From an uncultured Jannaschia sp. (GTDB lineage Bacteria; Pseudomonadota; Alphaproteobacteria; Rhodobacterales; Rhodobacteraceae), in the NCBI RefSeq assembly GCF_947503795.1, contig NZ_CANNEZ010000003.1, positions 150,357 through 214,356 of the forward strand: 64,000 nucleotides of DNA, read 5' to 3'. Numbering within the stretch: the stretch's first letter is position 1; each line of letters begins with the position of its first letter. The translations under genes and the position numbers were made by a program. The notes below the pieces were generated by a model. It was not told the origin of the DNA, ran no database searches, and saw only the letters and a program-made list of their open reading frames with translations. Below are positions 28,835 through 37,554 of the stretch, one piece after another.

Positions 28835-29418
28835 CGCTCGATCCGATCCTCGACCGGCTGGCCGATCTTGGGGGCGATCGCCTGCTCGTGGCCCTCGTCG
28901 GGCCGCCCGCCTCGGGCAAATCGACCCTGGCCGAGGCGCTGGTTGCCCAGCTAGGCGACGCGGCCCTCCTGCCGATGGACGGCTTCCATCTCGACGACCG
29001 CATCTTGACCCCGCGCGGCGACCGCCCGCGGAAGGGCGCGCCCCACACCTTCGATATCGGCGGGCTGTCCCGCGTGCTGGACGGGCTCCGGGCGGGCGAG
29101 GACGTCTATCACCCGATCTTCGACCGCAGCCGCGAGATCGCCATCGCGGGGGCGGGCCATATCCCCGCCGCGATCCGCACCGTGGTCGTTGAAGGCAACT
29201 GGCTCCTCCTCGACGAGCCAGGCTGGCGCGATCTCGGACCGTGGGACCTGACCGTTCGGCTGGACGTCCCCGACGAGGTGCTGCGTGCGCGACTGGCCGA
29301 TCGGTGGGCGAACCTCGCCCCCGCCGAGGCCGCCGCGAAGATCGACGGCAACGACCTCCCCAATGCCGCGCGTGTCCGCGATGGCTCGCGCCCGGCGGAC
29401 GTGGTTCTCGGGGTCTAG
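28831..29418 (+). CDS. frcK: P-loop nucleoside/sugar kinase-like protein (FrcK-like)
   Basis: 195 aa. The GTG start overlaps the frcA stop. P-loop GPPASGKST. Uridine kinase/phosphoribulokinase-like family. Confidence 0.7.
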   Translation: MTLDPILDRLADLGGDRLLVALVGPPASGKSTLAEALVAQLGDAALLPMDGFHLDDRILTPRGDRPRKGAPHTFDIGGLSRVLDGLRAGEDVYHPIFDRSREIAIAGAGHIPAAIRTVVVEGNWLLLDEPGWRDLGPWDLTVRLDVPDEVLRARLADRWANLAPAEAAAKIDGNDLPNAARVRDGSRPADVVLGV

Positions 29419-30260
29419 CGGAACGGGTCGCGGTGGTGCCGCGCCCGGTAGCGGCGCGGCGTCGTGTCGTAGGCGCGCTGGAACAAGCGGTAGAAATAGC
29501 TCGTATTGGCAAAGCCGCAGGCCAGCGCGACATTCTCGATCGCCGTGTCCTCGCTGCGCAGCAGATGCGCGGCATGATCGACGCGGATACGGTTCACGAA
29601 CTCGGTCGGAGTGATGCCCAGCACGTCACGACAGGTGCGGCAGACATGCTCGTGGCTGCGGCCCGCGGCGGCGATGAACCCGGCGGCCCCGGCGCGAAAC
29701 ACCGCGGGCGCCTGCGCGGCCATGCAAGCGCGCGCGAACCAGGCGGGCCCGTCGCGGACCGCATGGCTCTGGTCGGACGCGACCCGGTTTACCAGCGTCA
29801 GCAGGAACTCCTCGATCCGCGCGAGCGACCGATCGGTCACCTGAAGCTGCCCCGCGACGGTCAGCGCCCGCTCGAACCGCGCGGGATCGAGGAGATGCGC
29901 CTCGGGCAGAGCCGCATCGCTGTCGAAGAACCGCCCGGCAACCGTGTCGGCATAGCGCCCGGCCAGATGCGCCGCCGTCTCGGATCGGAACATGACGTTG
30001 ACGATCCGGCATCCGACGCGCCGGTCGGCCCGGAAGGCATGCGCGTCCCCCGGCCGCACGAAGGCCAGATGCCCCTCGCCGAGCACCTGCGTGACGCCGT
30101 TCACCCAATGCTCGGTATGTCCTTCGGTGATCAGGAAGACCTCGTGGAAATCGTGGTCATGCGCGCGCGCGGGCCAGCGCCGCGCCAAGCCCTTGCGGGC
30201 GAAGTGAAACGCCTCGCTGGCGGGAATATAGCTGGAGATGCGGAAGGTCTCGATCTGCAT
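29415..30260 (-). CDS. AraC family transcriptional regulator (cupin-type N-terminal domain)
   Basis: Start MQIETFRISSY (30260). C-terminal double HTH (ACGFANTSYFYRLFQRAYDTTPRRYR). The upstream part of ORF 29415..30464 crosses the intergenic promoter region. Confidence 0.85.
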   Translation of the reverse strand: MQIETFRISSYIPASEAFHFARKGLARRWPARAHDHDFHEVFLITEGHTEHWVNGVTQVLGEGHLAFVRPGDAHAFRADRRVGCRIVNVMFRSETAAHLAGRYADTVAGRFFDSDAALPEAHLLDPARFERALTVAGQLQVTDRSLARIEEFLLTLVNRVASDQSHAVRDGPAWFARACMAAQAPAVFRAGAAGFIAAAGRSHEHVCRTCRDVLGITPTEFVNRIRVDHAAHLLRSEDTAIENVALACGFANTSYFYRLFQRAYDTTPRRYRARHHRDPFR

Positions 30261-30299
30261 GGGGCAAACCAGGGTAAGGATATTCCCATCCTGCCCATG

Positions 30300-30331
30300 A
30301 AATATCAAACCTGTCCAAAAAAATATCAACC
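30300..30331. promoter_or_regulatory. direct repeats AAATATCAAACC / AAATATCAACC spaced 21 bp (candidate AraC-family binding sites)
   Basis: The two copies start at 30300 and 30321 in the AT-rich divergent intergenic region, 60-90 bp upstream of the PhyH-family gene. Confidence 0.4.
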
Positions 30332-30391
30332 GAAGGCGCAGCGCCCCGGCCCCGGCGTCCCTAACGTCGAAGGCCAGCATGGAGGGATGGG

Positions 30392-31216
30392 ATGCTGGCG
30401 ACCGAGCTCGATCTCGGGTTTCGACCCGTGCGGACCGACACGGCCACGCGTCTGACGCGGGCACAGGTCGAAACCTATAACCGCGACGGGTTCGTGCAGC
30501 CCTTCGACGTCTTCGATGCCACCGAAATCGCCGCGATCCGGGGCTATGTCGACGGGCTGATGGCGGAAATGGGCGAGGCCGGGGCCTACGGCATCAATTG
30601 CTACCAGGCGCGGCTGTCGGGGCTTTACGACATCGCGACCGATCCGCGGATCCTCGACCTCGTGCAGGACATTATCGGCCCCGACATCCTCTGCTGGGCG
30701 AGTGCCATCCTGTCGAAGCGGCCCCATGATCCGAAGGCCGTGCCGTGGCACCAGGACGCGAGCTTCTGGTCGTTGAATCCGGCGCGTACCGTCACGGTCT
30801 GGCTGGCCATCGACGACGCCGATGCCGAGAATTCCGCGATGCGTTTCATTCCGGGCACCCATGACCGCGGCGCGCTGTCGGTACAGGCGACCGGGGGCGA
30901 AGCGGTGTTCCACAAGGAAACGGCGGATGCCGACGCGCTGGGCGCGCCCTTCGACAACGTGCTGGCCGCCGGTCAGGTCTCGCTCCATGCCGACATGCTG
31001 GTGCATGGCTCGCAGCCCAATCGCTCGGATCGCCGCCGCTGCGGCCTGACGCTGCGCTATTGCCCGCCCGAGGTCCGCATAACAGACGCCGCCTGGGCGC
31101 GGGGGGTCGAGGCGATCCTCTGCCGGGGCGAGCCGGGCGATTGGTCGGTCCATCCCCGTCCCGAAAACGATGACATCACCGCCACCACCAGCCCTCACAT
31201 CGTGGGGAACAACTGA
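30392..31216 (+). CDS. phytanoyl-CoA dioxygenase (PhyH) family Fe(II)/2-oxoglutarate oxygenase
   Basis: 274 aa with HxD in WHQDASFW and a distal His in LHADMLVHGSQPN. RBS GGAGGGA. Confidence 0.8.
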   Translation: MLATELDLGFRPVRTDTATRLTRAQVETYNRDGFVQPFDVFDATEIAAIRGYVDGLMAEMGEAGAYGINCYQARLSGLYDIATDPRILDLVQDIIGPDILCWASAILSKRPHDPKAVPWHQDASFWSLNPARTVTVWLAIDDADAENSAMRFIPGTHDRGALSVQATGGEAVFHKETADADALGAPFDNVLAAGQVSLHADMLVHGSQPNRSDRRRCGLTLRYCPPEVRITDAAWARGVEAILCRGEPGDWSVHPRPENDDITATTSPHIVGNN

Positions 31217-31893
31217 TGCGGGTGACGTGGTTCGGTCAGGCCGCGATGCTGTTCGAAGGGGCGGAGCGGTCGGTGATGACCGATCCCTTCACGCCCGATG
31301 TGCTGGGATACCCGGCGATCACCGAGACCGCCGATATCGTCCTGACCTCGTCGGATGACGACGACGCGCATTGCCGCTCGGACCTGATTGCGGGCGACCC
31401 CGTGACCTGCAACACGCTCGACATCGCGGGCGACGGGCAGGGCGAGGCGGAGGTCGGCGGCCTGCGCGTCCGGGCCATCGCCGCCGAGGAATGGGAGCAT
31501 CATCCGCGCGGCACGGCCAACCAGAACGCGATGTACCGCTTCGCGCTCGACGGGATCGAGATCGCGCATATGGGCGATGTGGGCAACGCGCTCAACGAGG
31601 ACCAGACCGCCTTCTTCGAGGGGGTCGACGTGCTCTGCGCGCTGACCGGGGGTCCGCCGACGATCCGGCTGCCAGACCTGATGCACATGATCCACCGGGT
31701 GCGGCCGAAGCTCGTCATCCCGATCCACTTCCGGACGCTCGCCTACCGACCCGCGAACATCCAGTGGCTCCAGGATTTTCTCGATCACTTCAACGAGGAC
31801 GACATCGACTTCGCCTTCGGCCCGCGCGCCGACCTGGCGGCGGACGACCTGCCGGACCGCACCCGCGTGCTGGTCCTCGATCACCTCAGATAA
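31216..31893 (+). CDS. MBL-fold (Lactamase_B_3/UPF0173-like) protein with degenerate metal motif
   Basis: 225 aa. MRVTWFGQAAMLFEG...MTDPF aligns by eye to UPF0173-type MBL hydrolases, but the HxHxDH position reads SSDDDDAH. The start overlaps the upstream stop (TGATG). Confidence 0.7.
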   Translation: MRVTWFGQAAMLFEGAERSVMTDPFTPDVLGYPAITETADIVLTSSDDDDAHCRSDLIAGDPVTCNTLDIAGDGQGEAEVGGLRVRAIAAEEWEHHPRGTANQNAMYRFALDGIEIAHMGDVGNALNEDQTAFFEGVDVLCALTGGPPTIRLPDLMHMIHRVRPKLVIPIHFRTLAYRPANIQWLQDFLDHFNEDDIDFAFGPRADLAADDLPDRTRVLVLDHLR

Positions 31894-31914
31894 GCACCAC
31901 CAAGGGAGAGACAC

Positions 31915-33645
31915 ATGACCATCCGATATCTCGTCACGGGAACCGCCGCGTTGGCGCTGCTCGCCGGCACGGCCTTCGCGCAGGACGCAAGCCGCGAGGA
32001 AACCGTGATCTTCGACCTCGACCGCACGATCACCGATCCGGCCAATTTCAACTGGCTGACCGACGGGACGGGCGTCCGCCGTATGCATGGCGGCCATCAG
32101 GTCATGTGGGAGCCGATGTTCATCCTCAACTACGGCACGGGCGAGCTGGACCCCTGGTTGGCCACCGGCTTCGAGGCCAATGACGACAGCACGGAGTTCA
32201 CCATTTCGCTTCGCGACGGCGTCGAGTGGTCCGACGGCGAGGCCTTCGATGCCGACGACGTGGTGTTCAGCGTCGAGATGGCGCTTGAGAACGAGGAGAT
32301 CACCGCGCGGGAGGCCGCCACGCTCCGCAGCCAGGTCGCCAGCATCGAGAAGGTCGACGCCCAGACGGTGCGCATCGCGCTGCAGGCACCCAACCCGCGC
32401 TTCATGGTCGAAAATTTCGGCATCCGCATCTTCGGCTCGTTCCTCATCATGCCCGAGCATGTCTGGGCCGGCGAGGACCCGGCGACCTTCACCTTCCCCG
32501 AGCCGATCGGCACCGGTCCCTATACCTTCACGAGCGCGGCGACGAACCGCGCCATCTGGGACCGCAACGACGACTGGTGGGGTGCCAAGACCGGCTTCAT
32601 GGACCTGCCCGCGCCGCGCCGCGTCGTCTTCCTCGAGACCGGTGGCGAGGAGAGCCGGGCACAGCTGATAGCTTCGAACCAGCTCGATGCCGCTCAGAAC
32701 GTCACCATCGGCACGTTCGAGGCGATCCAGGCCCAGAACCCCGAAGTGATCGCCTGGCACGAAGGCTATCCCTACGCGGCCGCCGACCCCTGCGCGCGCC
32801 AGCTCGAGATCAACACCACGGTCGCGCCCTGGGACAACGCCGCGATGCGCCGCGCCGTCGCCCACATCATCGACCGCAACCAGATCGTGAATGTCGCCTA
32901 CGAGGGCACGACCGAGGCGTCGCGCACGATGTTCGCGCAATACGGCTCGATGGCGCCCTTCATCGATGCCATCGCCGAGGCCGGCTACGACCTTCCGGCG
33001 AGTGCCGATACCGAGGCCGGGCAGGCCCTGATCGAGGGCGAGGGCTGGACCCGCGACGGCGACTATTACCAGAAGGACGGCGAGACGCTGAGCGTCGAGA
33101 TCCACGTCAATTCGGCCTCGACCGAGTACACGCGGACGATCGACGTCATCGTCGAGCAGCTTCAGCGGGCGGGCATCGACGCCCGCGCCGTGCCGGTCGA
33201 GAACGGCGTCTTCTGGGGCGAGGTCCTGCCCTTCGGCGCCTACGAAATGAGCTACAGCTGGCTCAGCTGCGGATCGGTGAACGAGCCCTGGGCCTCGATG
33301 GGCCGCTACACGACCGGCGACGTGGTCCCGGTGGGCGAGCGCTCGCCCGGCTTCAACAATACCTCGCGCTGGAGCGGCGAAGCGGCCGAGGCCTATTCGG
33401 CGATCATGGACGACATCGAGGGACGCGCGCTCGGCGACCCAGAGATCCCCGCGCTGGTGGCCGAGGCCTACCAGTATCTCGACGCCGAGATGCCCTTCGT
33501 GCCGCTGGTACAGGCCGCCAAGCTGATCCCGTTCAACACGACTTATTGGGAGGGCTGGCCGACGGCGGACAACTACTACAACCACCCGTTCTTCTGGTGG
33601 AACCACGCCCACCAGATCATCCACAACCTCGAAGCCGCCGAGTAG
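31915..33645 (+). CDS. ABC transporter substrate-binding protein, family 5 (peptide/oligosaccharide type)
   Basis: 576 aa with signal peptide MTIRYLVTGTAALALLAGTAFAQD. DppA/OppA-like fold family. Confidence 0.85.
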   Translation: MTIRYLVTGTAALALLAGTAFAQDASREETVIFDLDRTITDPANFNWLTDGTGVRRMHGGHQVMWEPMFILNYGTGELDPWLATGFEANDDSTEFTISLRDGVEWSDGEAFDADDVVFSVEMALENEEITAREAATLRSQVASIEKVDAQTVRIALQAPNPRFMVENFGIRIFGSFLIMPEHVWAGEDPATFTFPEPIGTGPYTFTSAATNRAIWDRNDDWWGAKTGFMDLPAPRRVVFLETGGEESRAQLIASNQLDAAQNVTIGTFEAIQAQNPEVIAWHEGYPYAAADPCARQLEINTTVAPWDNAAMRRAVAHIIDRNQIVNVAYEGTTEASRTMFAQYGSMAPFIDAIAEAGYDLPASADTEAGQALIEGEGWTRDGDYYQKDGETLSVEIHVNSASTEYTRTIDVIVEQLQRAGIDARAVPVENGVFWGEVLPFGAYEMSYSWLSCGSVNEPWASMGRYTTGDVVPVGERSPGFNNTSRWSGEAAEAYSAIMDDIEGRALGDPEIPALVAEAYQYLDAEMPFVPLVQAAKLIPFNTTYWEGWPTADNYYNHPFFWWNHAHQIIHNLEAAE

Positions 33646-33662
33646 GCGCCGCCGATATCGAC

Positions 33663-33688
33663 GGACGGGGCGCCCCGGCGGCCCGTCC
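33663..33688 (+). other. GC-rich intercistronic stem-loop after the family-5 SBP gene
   Basis: GGACGGG...CCCGTCC outer stem with inner GC pairs, 18 nt after the stop. Confidence 0.4.
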
Positions 33689-33707
33689 CCACCCCGGAGG
33701 ACCAGAC

Positions 33708-34718
33708 ATGCTCGGCATCCCGCGCGACTACCTCGTCAATCGCCTGATCACGCTCGTGCTGACCGTGGTGATCGCCGCGACGATCATCTGGATCATCCCC
33801 CGCCTCTCGCCGGTCGACCCCGCCGAGATCGCGCTGGGCCGTATGGCCTCGGGTGCGGGTTCGGTCGCCAATGCCGACGAGATCCTGGCCCAGCTTCGCG
33901 CCAACATGGGCATCGACCAGCCGCTGGTCGTGCAATATCTCAAGTTCCTCGGTGGCGCGCTGACCTTCGATTTCGGCATCTCGACCGCCGCCTTCCCAAC
34001 GCCCGTCTCGTCGCTGATCCTGACGGCCTTGCCCTGGACGCTGGGCCTGATGATCCTGTCGCTGATCGTGACCTTCGTGATCGGCAACCTGCTGGGCGCG
34101 CTGATGGTCTGGGACCGGTCGCCCAAGCTCGTCCGCGTGGCGATCCCGGCGGCGATGGTCTTCACCTCGATCCCGCCGATCCTGTCGGGACTGCTCCTGA
34201 TGTGGATCTTCGCGGCCAAGCTCCAATGGTTCCCGCTGACAGGCGCCTATGGCCTGATGGTCGAACCGGGCTGGGACTGGGCCTTTGTCCAATCCGTCAT
34301 CCACCACGGCATCCTGCCCGCGCTCTCGATCGTGATCGTGACCTTCGGGTTCTGGGCGCTGGGGATGCGCGGCCTGATGATCACCGTGCAGGGCGAGGAT
34401 TACGTCAAGCTGGCCGAGGCCAAGGGGCTGCGTCCGCGCTACATTCTCTACCGCTACATGATCCGCAACGCGATCCTGCCGCAGATCACGGCCTTCGCGC
34501 TGAAGATCGGCCTCCTGATCGCGGGGCAAGTGCTGGTCGAACGCATCTTCGCCTACAACGGCATGGGCAAGCTGCTTTACGACGCGATCCTCAACCAGGA
34601 CTTCCCCGTCATCCAGGGCGTCAGCTTCGTCATCATCCTGATGACCGCGATCAGCGTGTTCCTGGTGGACCTGCTCTACCCGTTCATCGACCCCCGCATC
34701 CGGCATGAGAGCGCGTGA
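33708..34718 (+). CDS. ABC transporter permease (DppB/OppB type)
   Basis: Start MLGIPRDYLVNRLITLVLTVV within ORF 32577..34718. 336 aa. Confidence 0.85.
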   Translation: MLGIPRDYLVNRLITLVLTVVIAATIIWIIPRLSPVDPAEIALGRMASGAGSVANADEILAQLRANMGIDQPLVVQYLKFLGGALTFDFGISTAAFPTPVSSLILTALPWTLGLMILSLIVTFVIGNLLGALMVWDRSPKLVRVAIPAAMVFTSIPPILSGLLLMWIFAAKLQWFPLTGAYGLMVEPGWDWAFVQSVIHHGILPALSIVIVTFGFWALGMRGLMITVQGEDYVKLAEAKGLRPRYILYRYMIRNAILPQITAFALKIGLLIAGQVLVERIFAYNGMGKLLYDAILNQDFPVIQGVSFVIILMTAISVFLVDLLYPFIDPRIRHESA

Positions 34719-34844
34719 GATGATGCAAGGACGTCATGCCATCCGACGCGCAGGTATGCATCGCCCCGCGATATGTCCGCCGCACCCGGTCGCCATCGCG
34801 AGCGCGCCGCGCCCCTCGCCGAACCCATCCCACGGAGACCAGCC

Positions 34845-35807
34845 ATGACCAGCTACTCCACCGACGACGACACCGCCCAGGCCGAGAGCCATCTGCCCCT
34901 GACCCGTGCCGAGAAGCGGCAGGCGCGGCGCATCCGGCGGTTCGACAACCCGTGGCTGAACCCCAAGCTGATCTGGGGCGCGGCACTGCTTCTGGGGATC
35001 GTGGCACTCGGGTTGATCGGACGGCTGCTCTGGGATCTCGATCTCGTCTTCACCGGCTCCGCACCGCTCAAGCTGCCGCCCGTCGGTTTCGAGAACCTGC
35101 GTGGCCAGCCCGGCGTCGGGTCCTATCCCCTGGGCACGGACGGCGCGGGGCGCGACATGCTGGCGATGATCGTCGTCGGTGCGCCGAACACGCTCTTCGT
35201 TGGCCTCCTCGCCAGCCTCATCGGGATGAGCGCGGGTATCGCGCTGGGCTTCTCGGCGGGTTTCATCGGCGGTCGGGTCGACGACACGATCCGGGTTCTG
35301 GCCGACGTGATGATCACGATCCCCCCGCTCCTGATCCTGGTGGTGTTCCAGACCTCCTACGGTGATGTCAGCCTCACGATGATGGCGCTCCTGATTGCGG
35401 GGTTCGTCTGGCAATCGCCGACCCGGCTGATCCGCGCGCAGGTCCTGTCGATGAAGCGGTCCGGCTATGTCCAGATGGCGCAGCTCTCGGGCGCCTCGAC
35501 GCCGCACATCATGTTCCGCGAGATGCTGCCCAACCTCGTGCCCTATCTCTTCGGGTCGTTCATCGCCTCGGTCACCACGTCGATCGTCACGGCCGTCGGC
35601 CTCGAGGTGCTGGGCCTCGGCCCCCAGCGTATCCCGACCCTCGGGCGTACCATCTACGAGGCCATCAACGCGGGCGCGCTGATCCAGAATCTCTGGTGGT
35701 GGTGGGGCATTCCGACGATCCTGCTGGCGGTGATCTTCATCGGCCTCCTGCTCATTAACCTCGGCCTCGACGAGGTCTCGAACCCCCGCCTGAGGAAGCT
35801 GAGCTGA
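34845..35807 (+). CDS. ABC transporter permease (DppC/OppC type)
   Basis: Start MTSYSTDDDTAQ follows GGAGA. 320 aa. Confidence 0.85.
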   Translation: MTSYSTDDDTAQAESHLPLTRAEKRQARRIRRFDNPWLNPKLIWGAALLLGIVALGLIGRLLWDLDLVFTGSAPLKLPPVGFENLRGQPGVGSYPLGTDGAGRDMLAMIVVGAPNTLFVGLLASLIGMSAGIALGFSAGFIGGRVDDTIRVLADVMITIPPLLILVVFQTSYGDVSLTMMALLIAGFVWQSPTRLIRAQVLSMKRSGYVQMAQLSGASTPHIMFREMLPNLVPYLFGSFIASVTTSIVTAVGLEVLGLGPQRIPTLGRTIYEAINAGALIQNLWWWWGIPTILLAVIFIGLLLINLGLDEVSNPRLRKLS

Positions 35808-37549
35808 TGGATGATGCGACCCTCGACAAGCCGGTCCTGACGCTGCGCGATCTCTCGATCGAATTCCCGACACCCAAGGGCATCGTCCAGGCGGTCAAAG
35901 CCCTCGACCTCACCATCCACAAGGGGCGTCGCGTCGGCTTCATCGGCGAGAGCGGGTCGGGCAAGACCACGACCGCGCTTGCCGTGATGCAGATGCTGGC
36001 CGAGCCGGGGCGCGTGTCGTCCGGCACGATCGACCTCGCGGGCACCGACATCCTGTCGCTCTCCGAAGAAGAGATGCGCCGCACGCGGCTCGACCGGATC
36101 GCCTATATCCCGCAGGGCGCGATGAACTCGCTGAACCCCGTGATGCGGGTCGAGCCGCAGATGTGGGATGCGATCATCGCCCATGAAGGCAACGTTCCAC
36201 GCGCCGATCTCAAGGCCCGCTCGGATGCGGCGCTGACTTCGGTGGGCCTGCCCGCTCATACCGGCCGCCTCTACCCGCACGAACTCTCGGGCGGCATGAA
36301 GCAGCGGGTCTGCATCGCGCTCGGGATCATCCTCAACCCGGACCTCATCTTCGCGGACGAACCGACCTCGGCGCTCGACGTCGTCACCCAACGGCAGGTG
36401 ATGCAGACGCTGAACGCCATCCAGGCGCAGATCGGGTCCGGCCTGATCCTGATCGGACACGACATGGGGCTGATGGCGCAATCGGTGGACGAGCTCGCGG
36501 TGCTGAAGGACGGCGAACTGGTCGAGCACGGCACCGTCCGCCAGATCATCGAGGCCCCGAAGCATCCTTACACGCAGGACCTCATCTCCTCGGTGCCGCT
36601 AGTCGGCGGCGAGAGTTTCCTCAACCCCGACCGCGGCGCGCCCGCGCCCCGCCGCGACAGTCCCGAACCGCTCCTGCGCTTCGAGGATGTCTCCAAGCGC
36701 TACGGCGCGGTCACGGCGCTTCACCCGATGTCCTTCGCGCTCGAGGGCGACACGCCGCAGATCATCTCGATCGTCGGCCAGTCGGGGTCCGGCAAGTCGA
36801 CGATGGGGTCGATCATGCTGGGCTTCAATCCGCCCTCGGACGGCCGCGTCCTCTTCGAGGGGCGCGACGTCTACGGCATGGGCGCCGCCGAACGCCTCGG
36901 ATTCCGCAAGAACGTGCAGGCCGTGTTCCAGGACCCCTATGCCTGCTTCAATCCGTTCTACCGCGTCAGTCACGCGCTGCGCTTCCCGTTCAAGCGCTTC
37001 GGCCTGGCCAGATCCGAGGCCCACACCAGACAGGCCATGGAAGACGCCTGCGGGGCGGTCGGCCTCGACCCCGATCTCGTGCTGCCGCGCTATCCGCACC
37101 AGCTTTCGGGCGGTCAGCGCCAGCGCCTGATCGTCGCCCGCGCCCTGATGCTCAGCCCCAAGCTCCTGATCGCGGACGAGCCCGTCTCGATGGTCGATGC
37201 CTCGCTCCGCGCCTCGATCCTGTCGAATATCTACGGCCTGAAGGACAAGCACGGCATCTCGATCCTCTACATCACCCACGACCTGGCGACGGCCTATCAT
37301 GTCAGCGATTACGTCATGGTTCTCTTCAAGGGACACGTGGTCGAGTCGGGGCCGCCCCGGCAGGTGATCGGCGATCCGCAGCACCCCTACACGCGGCTTC
37401 TGATCGATTCGATCCCGTGGCCCGATCTCGACCGCGCGTGGGGCGGCGGCGGCATCGACTGGGATCCGTCGGCGGACGAGGCCGAGGCTGCGCGCACCGC
37501 CGCGGTCCATCGCGGCACGGTGCCCGGGTTCGACCTGACCCCCGCCTGA
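35807..37549 (+). CDS. fused two-domain ABC transporter ATP-binding protein (DppD/DppF type)
   Basis: 580 aa with two Walker A motifs (GESGSGKTT, GQSGSGKST) and two LSGG signatures. The start overlaps the upstream stop (TGATG). Confidence 0.9.
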   Translation: MDDATLDKPVLTLRDLSIEFPTPKGIVQAVKALDLTIHKGRRVGFIGESGSGKTTTALAVMQMLAEPGRVSSGTIDLAGTDILSLSEEEMRRTRLDRIAYIPQGAMNSLNPVMRVEPQMWDAIIAHEGNVPRADLKARSDAALTSVGLPAHTGRLYPHELSGGMKQRVCIALGIILNPDLIFADEPTSALDVVTQRQVMQTLNAIQAQIGSGLILIGHDMGLMAQSVDELAVLKDGELVEHGTVRQIIEAPKHPYTQDLISSVPLVGGESFLNPDRGAPAPRRDSPEPLLRFEDVSKRYGAVTALHPMSFALEGDTPQIISIVGQSGSGKSTMGSIMLGFNPPSDGRVLFEGRDVYGMGAAERLGFRKNVQAVFQDPYACFNPFYRVSHALRFPFKRFGLARSEAHTRQAMEDACGAVGLDPDLVLPRYPHQLSGGQRQRLIVARALMLSPKLLIADEPVSMVDASLRASILSNIYGLKDKHGISILYITHDLATAYHVSDYVMVLFKGHVVESGPPRQVIGDPQHPYTRLLIDSIPWPDLDRAWGGGGIDWDPSADEAEAARTAAVHRGTVPGFDLTPA

Positions 37550-37554
37550 CCCCC

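Noticed and set aside
29415-29418. Convergent genes sharing a palindromic CTAG so that both stop codons overlap (frcK/AraC). There is a similar 4-nt convergent overlap at 40605-40608.
   Set aside because: This is a simple consequence of TAG read on both strands. There is no associated secondary structure or repeat, so it is unlikely to be functional beyond compact packing.
34719-34844. The 126-nt gap between the two Opp-type permease genes as a hidden small gene or regulatory RNA
   Set aside because: There is no ORF with an SD and coding-type GC3, and no stable hairpin. Only short 6-bp palindromes (GACGTC, ATGCAT) are present. The in-frame upstream extension (ATG 34773) reads as Arg/Pro-rich noise.
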